Source of the DNA: Lepidodermella squamata
Lineage: Eukaryota; Animalia; Gastrotricha
Length of the DNA: 64,000 nt
Assembly (NCBI GenBank): GCA_047495785.1
Contig: JBLDXI010000021.1
Location: forward strand, 434,001 to 498,000
Direction of reading: 5' to 3'
This document shows positions 49,582 through 63,760 of this stretch, one piece after another; positions within the stretch are counted from its first letter, which is position 1, and each line of letters starts with the position of its first letter. The notes under the pieces are model-generated. The model was not told where the DNA came from, did no database searches, and worked only from the letters and a program-made list of their open reading frames with translations. The position numbers and the translations under genes are program-made.

Positions 49582-52500
49582 ATGTCTTCGGCAAACGCTG
49601 ATTATTATTACGGCGAATACGATGACGAGTATCAAGCAGAGGAGGAAGAATGGGATCGCGAACAGCTTCTCGATCCAATGTGGGAAAAACAACAGAAGAA
49701 GGTATGTTGTTATTTTCTGGAATTGTTGATTCATCTTCAAGTGTGACCCAGTTTAATATGTTGTCTGTTTAACCTTTCGCGCATATTGCTATTATTTTTA
49801 TTTGATGTCCGCTGCTATTCAATTTCACGCGATTCCTGACAGCGATGGTATATTGCTGTCAAGTGATATATTGTTCTTCGAGATGTGTTTTTTGTTCGCT
49901 AAGGCGTGCGCATAGTCCACTTGCAACAAGTTGTAGCACTATCTATCCCAATCAAGCTGTACCCTCCACATGCACACAAGCCAATGTTCAGAAGTACGCT
50001 GCAGTACTATTCATTATGTAGTCTAGCTGCCACTAACGCTTTCTTGCTGCTCGTGTTGTGGGGACCACAGCCTCCGCACACACGTTGGTGGATACGCCAA
50101 GCATGTAGCGCGGCATCCGCTGTTTGTATAGATTTCGTTAGCGAGCCGGTATGTCGATGTTTACCACTCACCGAAAAGCGTGGCTCGGCGCTTGCGTTCA
50201 GATGTACTGGGCATGGCGCGGCTACACGGGGCCATACTATATAATATAATAGCGGTGAGGATCTATATTGGTGTAATGCATTGGCGAATAATATGATAGT
50301 ACTTGGTTTTGAAATCGCCTGAATAATAATAACTAATAATAATATTCAACCACCAGCGTTTCGACTCGCCGCTTAGCGCATTAATTCTGCATCGCAGTGA
50401 TGCTGCTACCTAGTTGAACGTGGATAGACAGTGTGCAAATTCTCGCCGCTCATTTTTCTCGCTATATGCACAAAGTACCGGGGTGTTTAGACGTACTACT
50501 GCCGCTGCAGTGGCCGGATAATAAACGCGCCTCGCCGCAAACCCTCTATCGTTGGTGATGGTGGTTGTGGTATCAAGAATCTCTTCTGGCTTGCATTGCA
50601 GCAGCGCCGGTAGGCATGCGAACAACTGGTGTACGCGAAACGCCCGACCGCGTACTGGATCTACGAAGCTTATGTGAATAAATAAATGATCGCGTGTATA
50701 AGAGTGATGTTGCTAGGTACTCCACAGATATTAGGCCCAGTGTCTCCCGCATTTGCGATGCTAATTTGTTTGGTTCTCGTTAAAACGCAAAAACGACCAC
50801 ACCGTTTTGCGCGATGAAAAATGGATGATAATTGATGATTAATTTGATTAAAATTCCTAAATTGTGATTCATCATTTTTTCTATAGACATTCACTGCTTG
50901 GTGCAACAGCCATTTACGCAAAGTCGGAACGCAGATTGACAATATTGAAGAAGATTTCAGAAATGGGTTGAAATTGATGCTTCTACTCGAAGTCATTTCA
51001 TCGGAACAACTGCCGCGACCCGATCGCGGCAAAATGCGCTTCCACAAAATTGCAAACGTGAATAAAGCCCTCGAGTTCATTGAATCAAAGGGCGTGAAAC
51101 TCGTTTCTATGGGCGCTGAAGAAATTGTCGACGGAAACGTGAAAATGACGCTAGGTCTCATCTGGACCATCATCTTGCGTTTCGCTATTCAGGACATTTC
51201 AGTCGAAGAGTTGACCGCGAAAGAGGGTCTGCTGCTGTGGTGCCAGCGTAAAACTGCCGGCTACCGCAATGTCAACGTTCAGAACTTCCACGTCAGCTGG
51301 AAGGACGGTCTTGCCTTCTGCGCCCTCATACACCGTCACCGGCCTGATCTTCTTGATTTTAACCGTTTATCTAAGGACGATCCGCTGGAAAATTTGAATT
51401 TGGCTTTCGATATTGCCGAAAAGCACTTGGACATCCCGCGTATGTTGGACCCAGAAGACATGACCTCGATCAAGCCTGACGAGCGTTCAGTCATGGCTTA
51501 CGTTTCGTGTTACTACCACGCCTTCTCGGGCGCTCAAAAGGCTGAAACTGCCGCAAATCGCATTTGCAAGGTTCTTAAAATTCATCAGGAAAATGAGCGG
51601 TTGATGGAAGAATATGAACGTTTGAGCTCAGACCTGCTCGAGTGGCTGCGTCGTCAGATTCCTCGTCTGGAGGACAGGTCGCTCGGCCCGGAGGCGAACA
51701 TGTCTGACCGGGACGCGCTGGCGTCGTGCCGTCGTCGCCTTGACGATTTCCGTCAATATCGCCTCGGCGAAAAGCCGTCGCGCTTGTCCGACAAGGCGCG
51801 GCTTGAAACCACGTTCAACACGCTTCAGACTCGTCTGCGTCTAGCTAACCGCCCGGCTTACATGCCGACGGAGGGCAGGCTGGTTTCTGACATCGCCTCA
51901 GCCTGGCGTCGCCTCGAGCAGGCGGAGCGTGGTTTCGAGGAGTGGCTTGTTGCGGAAATTGAACGCCTCGAGCGCCTCGACCAGCTGGTCAGGAAATTCG
52001 AGCACAAATGCTCGGCTCATGACGCGTGGGTGTCGAGCTGCGAGTCGGAGCTTTCCGGCCACGGCCAGGGCATCCCGACCACCCTGGCCGAAGTCCGTGC
52101 CCTGCGCCGGCGCCACGAAGCTTTAGAATCCGAACTTGGAGCGCATCAAGACCGCGTCGACCAGATCAATCGTATCGCCGATGAGCTGGTCGCCCTTCGG
52201 TACCGCGACTCAGCTGGTGTGACCAACCGGTCGCGTCGCATTGGCGAGCAGTTTGAGTCGTTTGTTGGTATCATCGCGCGTCGCCGCACTGAGTTGGACG
52301 AGGCCGAACGAACTCTTGAATCCCTGGATAAGTTGCAGCTGGAATTCGCCAAACGGGCAGCCCCATTCCACACCTGGTTAGTTCATATTTCCTTGGTGGT
52401 CTAGCTTTCAACTAGCTTACGAAAAAATCGGATCATTCTATCAGGATCAAGGCAATACTCGTTTTTCGAAGTTCAGAAAATCTTGAAACTCTTCGTTTGG

Positions 52501-54994
52501 GACACCCGAGATTATTTTTTTTTCATAATTTTTGGGATTTCTGAAGTAACATGATGACTTAATGAGTCCAGTGCTTTGCAAAAACTGACTCGGAAACGCA
52601 AACAATTTTTTGTAAACACATGCATTTTTGAACTCATTTAATTGTCCCATCAGTGATTGATAGCTCAGATGTTTTTCCAAATCGAAATTTTGTAATCGAA
52701 TTCCATCTTTTCTACTGGAAAATATTCGACATATATTCGGAAAATGTACTGGCCATTTTCCGGCATTTTATCGTTAAATATTGTCGAATTTTCCTTTAGA
52801 TTCAACATTTATTTATTTGTTTTTATTTATTTATTTTCATGAATTTTTCGGCTAGATTGAAAAAGACCACACAAATATTTAAGATTTTATTTTCACACAA
52901 AGTGCCATTTTTTACATTTTCGTCGTCGAACTCCGTGACGATACCTCATTATTTTGTAATAATTTGATTTTTTTTTTAATTTAGGGTCGAAGGTATTCGC
53001 GAGGATCTTGAGGATGAAATTATGGCCCGCTCGTTGGACGAAGTTTTGGCCCTCCAAGCCGCTCACGATACTTTCAAAGCAACGCTGGGAGACGCCGAGC
53101 GCGAGTTGAACGATCTGCTTCGCATCGAAGCCGAAGCATCGCAGCTGGTGGTTTTCGGCCAACGTCTCGTTGGCGCTCACCCGGGTGGCCTGCGCAACCC
53201 TTACACGAGCATCACGGCCACCCAGCTTTCGCAGGAATGGGCGATGGCGCGCGAGTTGGTGCCGACCCGCGAGCGCGCCCTTGGCCTCGAAGCCGCTCGC
53301 CAGCAGCAGATCGACCGTCTGCGCAAACAGTTCGCGCAGATTGCGAACCAGGTCGGGCCGTGGCTCGAACGCCAGCTCGAGCAAGTGTCGGCGATCGCCG
53401 TTGGCCGCGGCGATTCGCTCGAAGACCAGCTGCGTAAACTCAAGCAGGTCGAACAGGCGACTCACACTTTCCGCCAGCACATGGAAGAGCTGGAACGCGT
53501 CAATGAACAGTTGCAGGAGGCCCTGGTCATGCCGCTTGACCTCGCGAAACTCACCCCGTACACCACCGAGTCGCTGCGAGTGGGCTGGGAGCAACTTCTT
53601 ACCAACATCGCTCGCCATGGTAAGCTTTCATCATATTATTGTGTACCAATGGAAATTAATTAATTTGTAGTAAAATTACCATCCTTAAATTTTAATTTCC
53701 CCATCCACTCAAGTCACCTCGCTGATTTTATGCCGCATATTGTCGAGCTGTTTTTCGAAATATTATGTCCATAAATTTATGATCCGAACAGCTGTAGGTC
53801 ATTTACAGAAATAGAAATAGGAATCATTCCGCAAGTAAGCCTTATGGCGAATATAACCCTGGCATCATGCCCTTACATAATTTATAGCCAATCGATCATG
53901 GAAATTTTATTACTTTTATGGCTGGTTGTTATATTATATGATGGTTATCGGAGCCTTAGCGTTTTCTTTCGGATCACATAACTCGAAGAGCCTCGGGGTA
54001 TGTCTGGAATTTGCAGAATGGATGAAAATTATGGTCGTCACATTTTCTAACATTTTCTAGTTATTTTTGCAATTATTCGTAATTTTTATTTTGCTGTATC
54101 ATCATGAGAAGCCAGAGAAATCAAGTCAGAATCGATTAGAAAATTAAGAAAGCAATCGAAAATTGAAATAAATTCTCTAATTGGGCAAGTTGAGTGCCTC
54201 TGAAAGCTGAAGTTGAAGAATTCGAATCGTTAACTAAAAAACTAAGAAATCCTCTTTCCTTTGTAGTTTTTTGCAGCGACTTAATTCTTTCAATTAGAGA
54301 ACAGTGTTAACAGGCTGCCCTCTTGCATCCTGATTTCTTTCGAGTGCAAATATCCAAGAACCTTTCAAAAAAATTGATTACATCTTACACCAAAACTCAG
54401 ATTTAAAGTGTCAGTGTCATTCAGACTGTCTCTTGGAACTAGAATTATATGTACTATTTTGCGGAAATTTAAGGAAAGTGATTTGAATTTGTTTCTTTTT
54501 ATCTAGTCAACGCCGTCGAAAACGAGATCCTAACGCGCGATGCCAAGGGTATCTCGGCCGAGCAACTCGACGAGCTGCGCCGCTCTTTCCTGCACTTCGA
54601 CCGCACGCGGTCGCGCCGCCTCGAGCAGGCGGAACTGCGCGCGTGCCTCGTCTCGCTCGGCCAGTCGGTGCAGTCCGACGACGAGTTCCGCCGCATCCTC
54701 GCCACCATGGACCCGAACGGCCTCGGCTACGTCACCTTCGACGCCTTCCTCGACTACATGACGCGCGAAATCGCCGGCGAGGCCGACTCGGCGGAACGCA
54801 TGATCGAGTCGTTCCGCGTGCTCGCCGAGGGCCGGCCGTACATCACGGCGGAGGAGCTGCGCCGCGAGCTCCCGCCCGACCAGGCCGAGTACTGCATCCA
54901 GCGCATGCGCCAGTACCGCGGCGCCGGCGCCTCTGCGACCGCGCTCGACTACAACAGCTTCTCGATCGCGCTTTACGGTCATACAGACTTGTAA
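49582..54994 (+). CDS. ACTN: Alpha-actinin, 4 coding exons
   Basis: Exons 49582-49701, 50887-52376, 52985-53619, 54507-54994. [33 protein letters not shown], two CH domains, four spectrin repeats, EF-hands and C-terminal ALYGHTDL. Confidence 0.97.
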
Positions 54995-56645
54995 AACGCA
55001 ATCGAGCTAACATCTAACCTCTGAACAACATCAGTCACAGAAATACCAATTTTTTTGCATGTGGTGTTCTTTCTCATTTATGTTTATTGATTGTCCTAGT
55101 TGAAAAAAAATCAAATAAATACCGACGTGCTTCCCGCAGTTATTCACATCGCTCCATGTGCCTAGATGGTTTCTTATTCTTGAAGAAAAGTTAACGATAT
55201 TCTTTTAAAATCGCCGCGATCGACTCGACGTTTTTTTTCACGGGGAAAAAACGTATAAATTAATAATGCCAACTGACCTTTTGTTACTATGGTGTATATC
55301 GATCGCTATTTGACCACCGCGACGGCTTTTGTCTTGCCAAGCTCTTTTGTAATCAATTATCATTATTATTCTCTGCGATGACAAGTGTTTGTTGATTTTC
55401 GTCACTCTTCTCTTGCTTCTTTTACACGCGCGATAACAAACGTTTTTACATCGCTGTTGCCTTGCTGTAAAAATCTTGAACTATTCTATTGTGTTATCGA
55501 ACCGGCTATATTGACCAAACCGAAGCCGAATGCAGGAAACTCGAAGTAATAAAAATAACTGGTGTTTACTTATTTCACGTCTGTTTGATAGCTCGAACTC
55601 ATACTGGTCACAGCTTTGGTGTAGAGAAGGGCGGTTTTTTACTCGAAAATTTAGTTCACACTGCTGAGTTTTCACAAACCCTAAACCTGATTTTTTGCCG
55701 AATTGTTTCTCTGTCTTCTGCCTTCTGCCTCGCAACACTCAGGCTAACAAAGAGAGGAAGCTACCTGTGAATTATATTGCTCTAATTGTTTTTAAATGTC
55801 TCTACTTGGCGTTTTTCATTATAACAGCCCTATTATCACCACCCAGTCAATTATCGGTGTGATTTTCAAACAGTCGTAAACAAAAAATCGTGCGTTGACA
55901 TTTCGATAAAAAATAATATTCTATCTATTGCACTTTAATGAATATGAATGGCCAAATTTTAATCACGTCTTTTTCTAAACTATATAATATGTGCTAAATA
56001 TCGCCATGCGACATCAAAGTTTTATCTTGGAAAAATTATTGTTATACATCCTTCTCGCTGTATAGTACATGTTGGAAGCATAATATTTCGCGAAACACGC
56101 ATCCCTGTGCGCCTACGAAAGCTGTCGAGGCTTTTATCACTGTCGTTTAAATTGAGCAATTTATCGATGTTATCAACATTATTATTATTAATATTATACG
56201 ATATATTATTGGGAAATCGTGTCGCGTCTTGGTTGGTATTGTGAGCGGAAATAAAATCTTGACACCCTATGGAAGGTTCGTTTGTTACTCTTGAGTTATA
56301 AATAGCGTGAATTATCGCAGATTATTTTCCGCTTTCAACGTATTATACGGCACAATAGCTGTCGTGATTTTCGGCCGGCGCCTTAAATACGCGGTTATTT
56401 ATCAATTATTGAAGCAACTGAACCAGTAGTATTGTCTCGCCGATACAGTCTAGCATTTAACTTGAGCAAATATTAAACGTGGATCGGTCGATGGCACGAG
56501 ATTTGGTAGTGACAGTGACCATAGCCGTAATGTAGCGCGTCGCTTGCGATTATCTCTTTCGCGTAAACAACGCAGCTATAAGCGCGATTTTTTTTCACTC
56601 ACTCGGACGCAGTTATTCCATCAATCAACATCGGGTGTGAAAATC

Positions 56646-58504
56646 ATGGTGAGGCTTGTCACCAGGGCCGAAGACCCGCACCTAGTTAACAATCTACAGA
56701 TGTATGGTAAATAGCGTTATTTCGCAGCTCACAAAAAAACCGATTTTTCACCTCGTCATTTCTCCACTGATTTTTCATCCACTTTATTTTATTAAATAAA
56801 CAGGCCCGCCAATGGGTAGTACTATGGACGAAGTGTTGTCAGCGGCCCGAAACAGCGCCGACACTTTGTACATCGAAGTGGCCAATGGAGATGGCGACGT
56901 AAGTTGAAAAAAACACATGTTGAATTCCTATTGATTCAGATAAACGAATCACAGCCAATTTACACACTGCGCGTGAACAAAAAATAATAGGCACCAAAAT
57001 TACTTGCGTTTTGAACTTGTTAGTTAAACAGCCATTTTAGTCCAATAGCCTTTTTTAGCCGTTAATGCCGACCACACTCAGCCCAGACGCCGAGGAGCCA
57101 AAACTTAGTTTAGGTTGGAATGACAACCTTGGCGTTGGCATAAGCGATCGAGTTTACAAAATCAGGGTTGGTTTAGCGTGGATAAACCCTATATTGCCAC
57201 CCTAAACATCCTTTCAGTTTGTGAGTAGTTGAACTCCGATTAGTTTTTTTAGACCCAACATGTATTTTGTGCTAAATTCTCCTTTTTCAAAAATCAAACC
57301 TCAGGGCACGGTCACGTTTCAACCATCCGATGGGATGATGCCAACGGTAGGTAAATCGAAAATATTGGTAAATTTGTTGTAATTTCGCGAATTTTACCAG
57401 GAAATCGGAATCATGTACATGGTGTTGTCTACCACAGTAGTCGTTGCTTTCATTATTTTTTCATGCCTATGCGCTCGTAAAATCATGAATCTTACGTCAG
57501 ACGACGGCGGCACTCCGGAATTTTTCGCTCAAGAAGTCATGAAATTGATGACAATGCGAAAAAACGTTTTGCAACTTCAAATCGAACTTGCAACTACGAA
57601 AAATGTCCTTCAATCGAGCGCGACTGATGAGACGAAGCGAAACGAGCAGTCTCCTCTCATTCCGCTATTAGAAAGCTCGTTAGCCGGAGCTGGGCCTCAT
57701 GTGAACAAAGCGTGCGCGAAAGCTATCGCAAATGACATAGTTAAAGAAACTGCGACGTTGCTGAATACTTCGTCCCTTGAGAGGCCGAGTAAAACTCGAT
57801 CGAAACATCGTCAAGACCAATCGCCAACTCGAAATATTAACGTTGAACCTGGACGTCCAATCGCGGCTATGGAAAATGCGAGAATGGTGGTTAGCCAGCA
57901 GCAGCAGGAGGCAACCAGCGATATTGTACTGCCTACCGATTACCTCAACAGCTTGAAAAGGTCCACGCCAAATACTATGCATGAATCAATCATGTCAACA
58001 AGCGCGAAATCTTCGCCGAAAAGTCAACGTAGACAAACGGTGGTAACTATTCCTAACTCGCCTGTATTTCGAACGGCTAGTAACCCGTTGGATGAAGCTT
58101 CTTTGAGCCCGCTGAAACCTGCAAATTCTCAATGTACAGCTTCTTTGAATCGACGAGCCGCTGCCGCTGCGATTCAGCAAGCTGTCGAGGCTCAGTTAGC
58201 TCCTTGCTGTGTTGGTTCTCAACAGTTACCAACTGGCAGTTGTTTATGGATCGAACAAGTTCAAATAGTTCCGAACAGCAATGCAGCACGGAAACATTTT
58301 AGTGAAGCGAAAAGTTTCAGCGGAGGCGAGGAAAGTCAGACGGATTCACAGTCCAGCACTTGGCAAATAGATCCGAATCGGAAACCGAAGCCTTCAATGC
58401 TACGCCAATCTGCCATCAAAGATGATCGTGACCTTGAAGCTAGGAAGCTCCAGCATAACTCAGCTTCGGGAATAGCAACTATTTGCTCCGAAACTTTGAT
58501 CTGA
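56646..58504 (+). CDS. Uncharacterised single-pass membrane protein with a long disordered cytoplasmic tail
   Basis: Several small GT-AG exons from ATG 56646 splice in frame into the large exon 57401-58504. TM IMYMVLSTTVVVAFIIFSCLC followed by ARK, a short coiled coil, an S/P-rich tail and C-terminal ETLI. The 5' exon model is tentative. Confidence 0.65.
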
Positions 58505-60600
58505 TTTCTTTCCCTTTGTGGTATAAAAATAAAACAATAAATATCGCTTGGATACTTTTTATTTTCATCTTAAATACAAGCAATGACAGTGAGTGAAAAT
58601 TTTGAAAACCGGGCGGCATTTCAGGCATCTATTTTCCTATTTTTTGAACGTTCCACTCCTGGTTGCATAGAGGGCAGTTGGTTTTCGATCGAGTGTTGAT
58701 CCATTGAAAGATACAGCAGTTATGAAAAGCGTGATTGCAATCGCCCCATACGACTTCGCAGAAAAAATGTACATTTCAGGTTATTATTAAAGCGTATTTT
58801 AGCTTACCAACGCATTCGTCAACCTTTGTAGAACGACTCTGGCATTCCAGACAAGGATCTGGCAATTTAAAATGTTGTTTGCAAAAGATACTAAATCCTA
58901 AGAGTACTCACCCATCAAGCTGACTCGGCAAATGGCACAATCATCACATTGCACGTCCCAAGTCCACAAGGCTGTTAAAATTTTATTTCAGACCGGCTAA
59001 CTCACAAACTTCAAACACATACCTACTGCATTCCACCTTTTAAGCGTAAACATTTTCTCCCCTCCAGCAGGTTGAGCGTTTTCGGGAGGCACAGCCATTC
59101 TAAAAATCGTTGTTTGATGAAACTGAATTTAACAATCTATAAATATGAAAATAAAGCCCTCAATTCACTGGACTTTCGATTGGAAATTGTGGTCTCGTAA
59201 AAAATAGACTCACAAAACAGGTTAACTATGATTGACGTTCCAAAAGAGACCCCTCGAGAGTTTTCTCTGCTTAAAATAAATATCCAGACTAGTTTCTGAC
59301 TACAAATGGGGAAATTTTGAATGGCAATAACCGTATTGACATAATCGAGAAAAAACTTGCAACGGAATCAGCCGAATGCGAATTATTTTGTTTTCATCAG
59401 ATAAATAGGAATGGAAGTTAAAACTGCGACGGACGAGAACTCAAGCACGTCCCACGGTCTATTTTAGAATGAGACTTTGAGATGACAGGTAACTCCACCC
59501 AACTACCAAGGAGAACACTATCTAGCGCATGCCATGGAAAATGACACATTTAGATTGCCCACTCAGAAAATTGAAGAACCTTTTCGCTAACTGACAGAAG
59601 CGTCGAGAGGATTCACCATTCGCCAAATGCAACGTTCATGGCTGTAAATCTGAATTCAGTTGTTCAGAAGTTAAACCACTGAAACAGAGCTAGGAACAGC
59701 ATGACAAGAAAGTTCTCGAAGAAATAAAAATAGCCTAATCCATATAAATAAACCCTGTTAGAACTTCGTTTGAAGCACCCCCTAAGATCCCAATATTAAA
59801 TAGCTCGAAGCTAGTCAAAATACAAACTCCTCGCTCACGTCACCATGGCTGAAGCTCCTCGAGAAAATGGGCAACAACTGACCTTCCCGCCTTTATGGCA
59901 ACCGGATGAGCTGCGAAGGGTTGTCCAGAATGTAGTAATGCAGGCTTAGGACGTGCCGGACTTGCTATCAGTGCAATTTAGCAGTCGAATCGACATGGAG
60001 CAATTGCTTGAAGAGCTTTCGAATCTGGTGGAAACTGATCGATGACCTGGTTTGGTTGGCTGCCGTATTGGGATACATGGAGCTGAAAAGGAAATCGCTA
60101 CTTCTCATGGATATAGGAGCTGTGTCTCGCAGATGGGTTCGTAGTCCTGGCGGAGAACCGGAGCAGATGTGGTACTCAGGTGGCGGAGATAGTTTTTCGG
60201 CGCCTTAGCAAAGACTACCTATAACTCGAACCTGATTTGCGCATTTGTACCTCTAAAAATTTCACAGATACGTCGTTGTTGGTGCTCTTAAACTATCAGT
60301 CAGCTTCTGAACAAGTCGACTTCTGACGTCTGAACATGATCGCTCTTCCCCCAGCTGATCGACTTTCGCCTTCCGCACAACTTTGGCGCGGAATACTGAA
60401 CGTTTTTTTACTTTTTCCCGGCAAACATCGTTTTGTTTTCACACGCTTTTACATTGATTATATAGTTTTTACAAATGACTGATAGTTTGGTAAACGATTA
60501 TGAGGTAATAATGCAATTAACTGAGAAAAATTTGCCGCGGATGAATTTGGCGGATTTCAAAATTTTCCGAGAGGGTTGGAGGTTGGAACTTCATGTCTGT

Positions 60601-60661
60601 ATACCACCTTCGGTTCTGCTTACCTCATACCACCTTCGGTTCTGCTTACCTCATACCACCT
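60601..60661 (+). repeat. 26-bp tandem repeat x2.3
   Basis: ataccaccttcggttctgcttacctc at 60601-60626 and 60627-60652, plus a partial third copy. Confidence 0.9.
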
Positions 60662-60739
60662 CACCTTCGTTCTTCAGCTTACAATGATTAAAGGATATTA
60701 GGATACAATTAAATTACTGAATCACTGGTTTTCGCATTT

Positions 60740-61260
60740 CACATGATTTGTTCATGTGGTACCAAAAGGACCAAAAGAGCTGATCGTGATACTTGCATAA
60801 AGCAGAGTTTTTTTGAGGGGTTGCCACAGTTGACAATGTCAACACCAAAGCGGGTCGTTGTCCAGACCAAAGAGCGATCGCAGCGAGCAAGCGAACGATT
60901 TTTCCCCATAATGTCAATACCAAAACGCATGAATGTCAACCCCAACCGATTTCTTAAAAACGCACTGCATGAAGCAATAACAACCATGGCAAATGAGCAT
61001 TAAATCACGTGCTTTCTTGAAGCGAAAAAAAATCCCAAAGCCCACTCGTGATTGCGGGACCTCATGGTACAGACTTCCTGGCTTTTGAAATCCCTCTAAG
61101 AAAATACCGAAATCATGTCAGTGCGTTCAAGAACCGCGTGGAAAAATCGTGGAAAAAGCTACGACAAGATTCGCCTTATCGTAGTGTTCCCTGGTACACA
61201 ATTTCTTTTGGTCTCAAAACGGCAGAACATCAAACGGCGATTCGGCGATTCTCGGAACAT
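60740..61260 (+). mobile_element. Degenerate 3' end of a CR1/L2-like LINE ORF2
   Basis: RNHVSAFKNRVEKSWKKL resembles the terminal F.NRV...WN.L motif of CR1-group ORF2. The region is frameshifted. Confidence 0.4.
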
Positions 61261-61823
61261 AGAAAAATCAGACAAATATAAATTAAAAAAATGCAACCTC
61301 TTAATTACTTGAAGTCACTGCACTTTTTTCTCCAGTGAAAGTTAAGTTGAGATCTGACTGTAACAGCTGATGTGAAACTTGCGGAAGCTTTAACTGCCGA
61401 ATCACGATGAGTTACATTGCTAAAGGCGATGCCCCGAAATTCCCGAGGCCTCCTAAAGACTGCCTGAGAATGAGTAAGGGAAAGGCTTAATCTTTTTCCA
61501 GAGTATATGTGCGGCGTGGATAGCATCTATACGCATGTACCAGAGCGAGTGCGACTTTTTAGATGCGCGCATTTTTGTAATCGTCTCATATCGCTGTTGC
61601 AAATGTGTTATTTACCCTGAACAAACATTTAGTTTGAGCAGGTGAGAAAAAGGCGAGATACGCGCGTGAGCTTTGCTCGGTTAACAACGCTCGCTAGGTA
61701 AGTATTGTTATTTTAGTTGTTAGTTAGCAGCAACATTTTTTAAGCATTTGATGGTTCCGGTTCACAATAAAGGGCATAGCCTTTACATGACAACTGAGCA
61801 CCGGTCCAGTAAAAACTGAACAT

Positions 61824-62448
61824 ATGAAAAATCGTTCCATCTTGCCAGATGTTTGCACATTTTCGCCGTCATCAAATGAATTCTGCAACTACTTCAACTG
61901 GCTTTGTCTTATAACGCTGATAATTTCTGCTCAATTTTGGTTCAAAACTGCGATAGCTATCGTTTTTCAATGTGCTCAGTGTGAAGTATGCGACACGACA
62001 GATTTCAGCATTTTTCGTAAGCAACTTGCGTCCAAGCCACAATGATATATTTCTATTATAACTTTTTCAGCATTTGATTGTCCATGGTACAACAGCTCCT
62101 ATTATTTTAACATTCGAAACACGTCAAACAGAACCGTCAACATATATAATTATTGCAGAACCGAAATACGGCTGGTTTGTGGACCTTTGATAATTGATTT
62201 CAAAGATAACTCCGATGTATTTCTAGGGCGTTAACTACCTTAACCAGACCGCCAATATTACATCCAAGTCTTGCGCATTCACCTGTATTCCTGCTGTCAA
62301 CGTTCGGTGCTGCGACTATAATGGATGCAATCATGGAAAGAAGGCTGTCGATTCTAAAGAGGCGATAATCATCCTACCATTTATTTTGATTTTGCTGTAT
62401 TCAAGTGACATATTTAACGATTTTAATTTTATACGCAAACTATCCTGA
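61824..62448 (+). CDS. Ly6/uPAR (three-finger) protein, probably GPI-anchored
   Basis: Three exons splice to give a hydrophobic leader, CAQCEVC..DCPW..YC..SCAFTC..CCDYNGCN (10 Cys) and a hydrophobic C-terminus IIILPFILILL. Confidence 0.85.
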
Positions 62449-62792
62449 TGCTAAAAAGTCACATAAACCGTATTTTTTGTATTGGAAATCGCAGCATGGT
62501 TATATTAACCAAGCAAGGGCCTAGAAAGTTGCGCCTGCTTGTAAGCTGAGATATAAAAGTATCGAGGGGCAGTTCCCCACCTAAAAAAATAGGAAGGCGT
62601 CAATGGTCTTACGGTTTGCTTACTAAATACTCTTTGACTCGTGATTTAGGGCAGTGCATGTAGTAACATTCATGGAGGGAGATTCTAAACGTGACGTGTT
62701 TTTCTCTCGTCTTGTGCACCCAGCAGTAATAATGCACATGTTCGAGTCACTCATCGACTCTGTAATGCACTCGGAACTTGAAATCTTTCGAG

Positions 62793-63478
62793 ATGCACGA
62801 AATGGGCGCGACATCGGTTAATGTTTTTTTCATAAACATAAGGCATAGCTACTCGTCCAGATTGTTTCGCGGTGTTATTCTAGTGCTAACGATATGTTTC
62901 GGAATTTCCCAATGCCAATCTGGTCGGCAATCTCGGGCTGTTTACAGATGTGTGCAATGCGGTCCGTGCACTTCCGTAAATTTGACTTGTAAGCCGGCAG
63001 TTTTATGCAAAAACTAAAGCCATAAAGCCAGTTATTCCATCGCAGACAGTGACTGCCCTTTCTACAACACTTCTACTTGGTACTACAATGTCCGTAACGT
63101 CAGGCCATACAACATTGGAGTAAATCAATCAGAACTTAACGGCTCGGTTATCATCAATCTCTACTACTACTGCACTACTGTTGGTGTCGTAAATTTCTTA
63201 CCACTGACAAAGGTTGCGAGAAAACTTGATTCTGTACGTTATAGGGAACCGATCAGCACAATATGACATACTATCGCAGTTGCGCAGATACCTGCACGCC
63301 AAGCAGAACCGCAAGTGGTTACACCCTATGTTGCGGCTGGAATGGCTGCAATGCATTGGCTCCGCCGAAACTTCAACAAGACTCCTATTTGGCCGTGATA
63401 TCAACTTTCATTGCGCTAGTTTCTGTGATCCAGTATTGGCCAAAGATTCTTAGTAATGAGCATAGACAAATAAATTGA
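62793..63478 (+). CDS. Ly6/uPAR (three-finger) protein, probably GPI-anchored
   Basis: Same exon layout as the upstream copy: CVQCGPC..DCPFYN..YC..SCADTC..CCGWNGCN plus a hydrophobic tail LAVISTFIALVSVI. Confidence 0.85.
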
Positions 63479-63760
63479 ATTGTTCGATTGTTTTTATAAG
63501 GAAGGGATAGGTTCAAAAGCTCCGATTGGATCCGCTATCAGTAATTCATAGGTTGGCGTCAGCGAATTTCATCCTGGTGATGATAGAAGGAGATTTTTTG
63601 AGGCTGCTCTCGTTGGCAGTTTACTATTACGAGAGCTTCAAAACACTCCAACTAACAATATTAATTTGCCAACAACAGCTTACTGTCATAATATTTACTT
63701 ATCTATTGTCTAAGTATTATGTTCACTTTTTTGTCAATGTGGCATGTGACATTTCAAAGG

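Noticed and set aside
52893-55017. Long overlapping ORFs antisense or out of frame to alpha-actinin
   Set aside because: Expected by-product of very high GC3, which depletes stop codons.
59230-60208. Stop-interrupted coding-like sequence
   Set aside because: Probably transposon debris, but no diagnostic motif was recognised.
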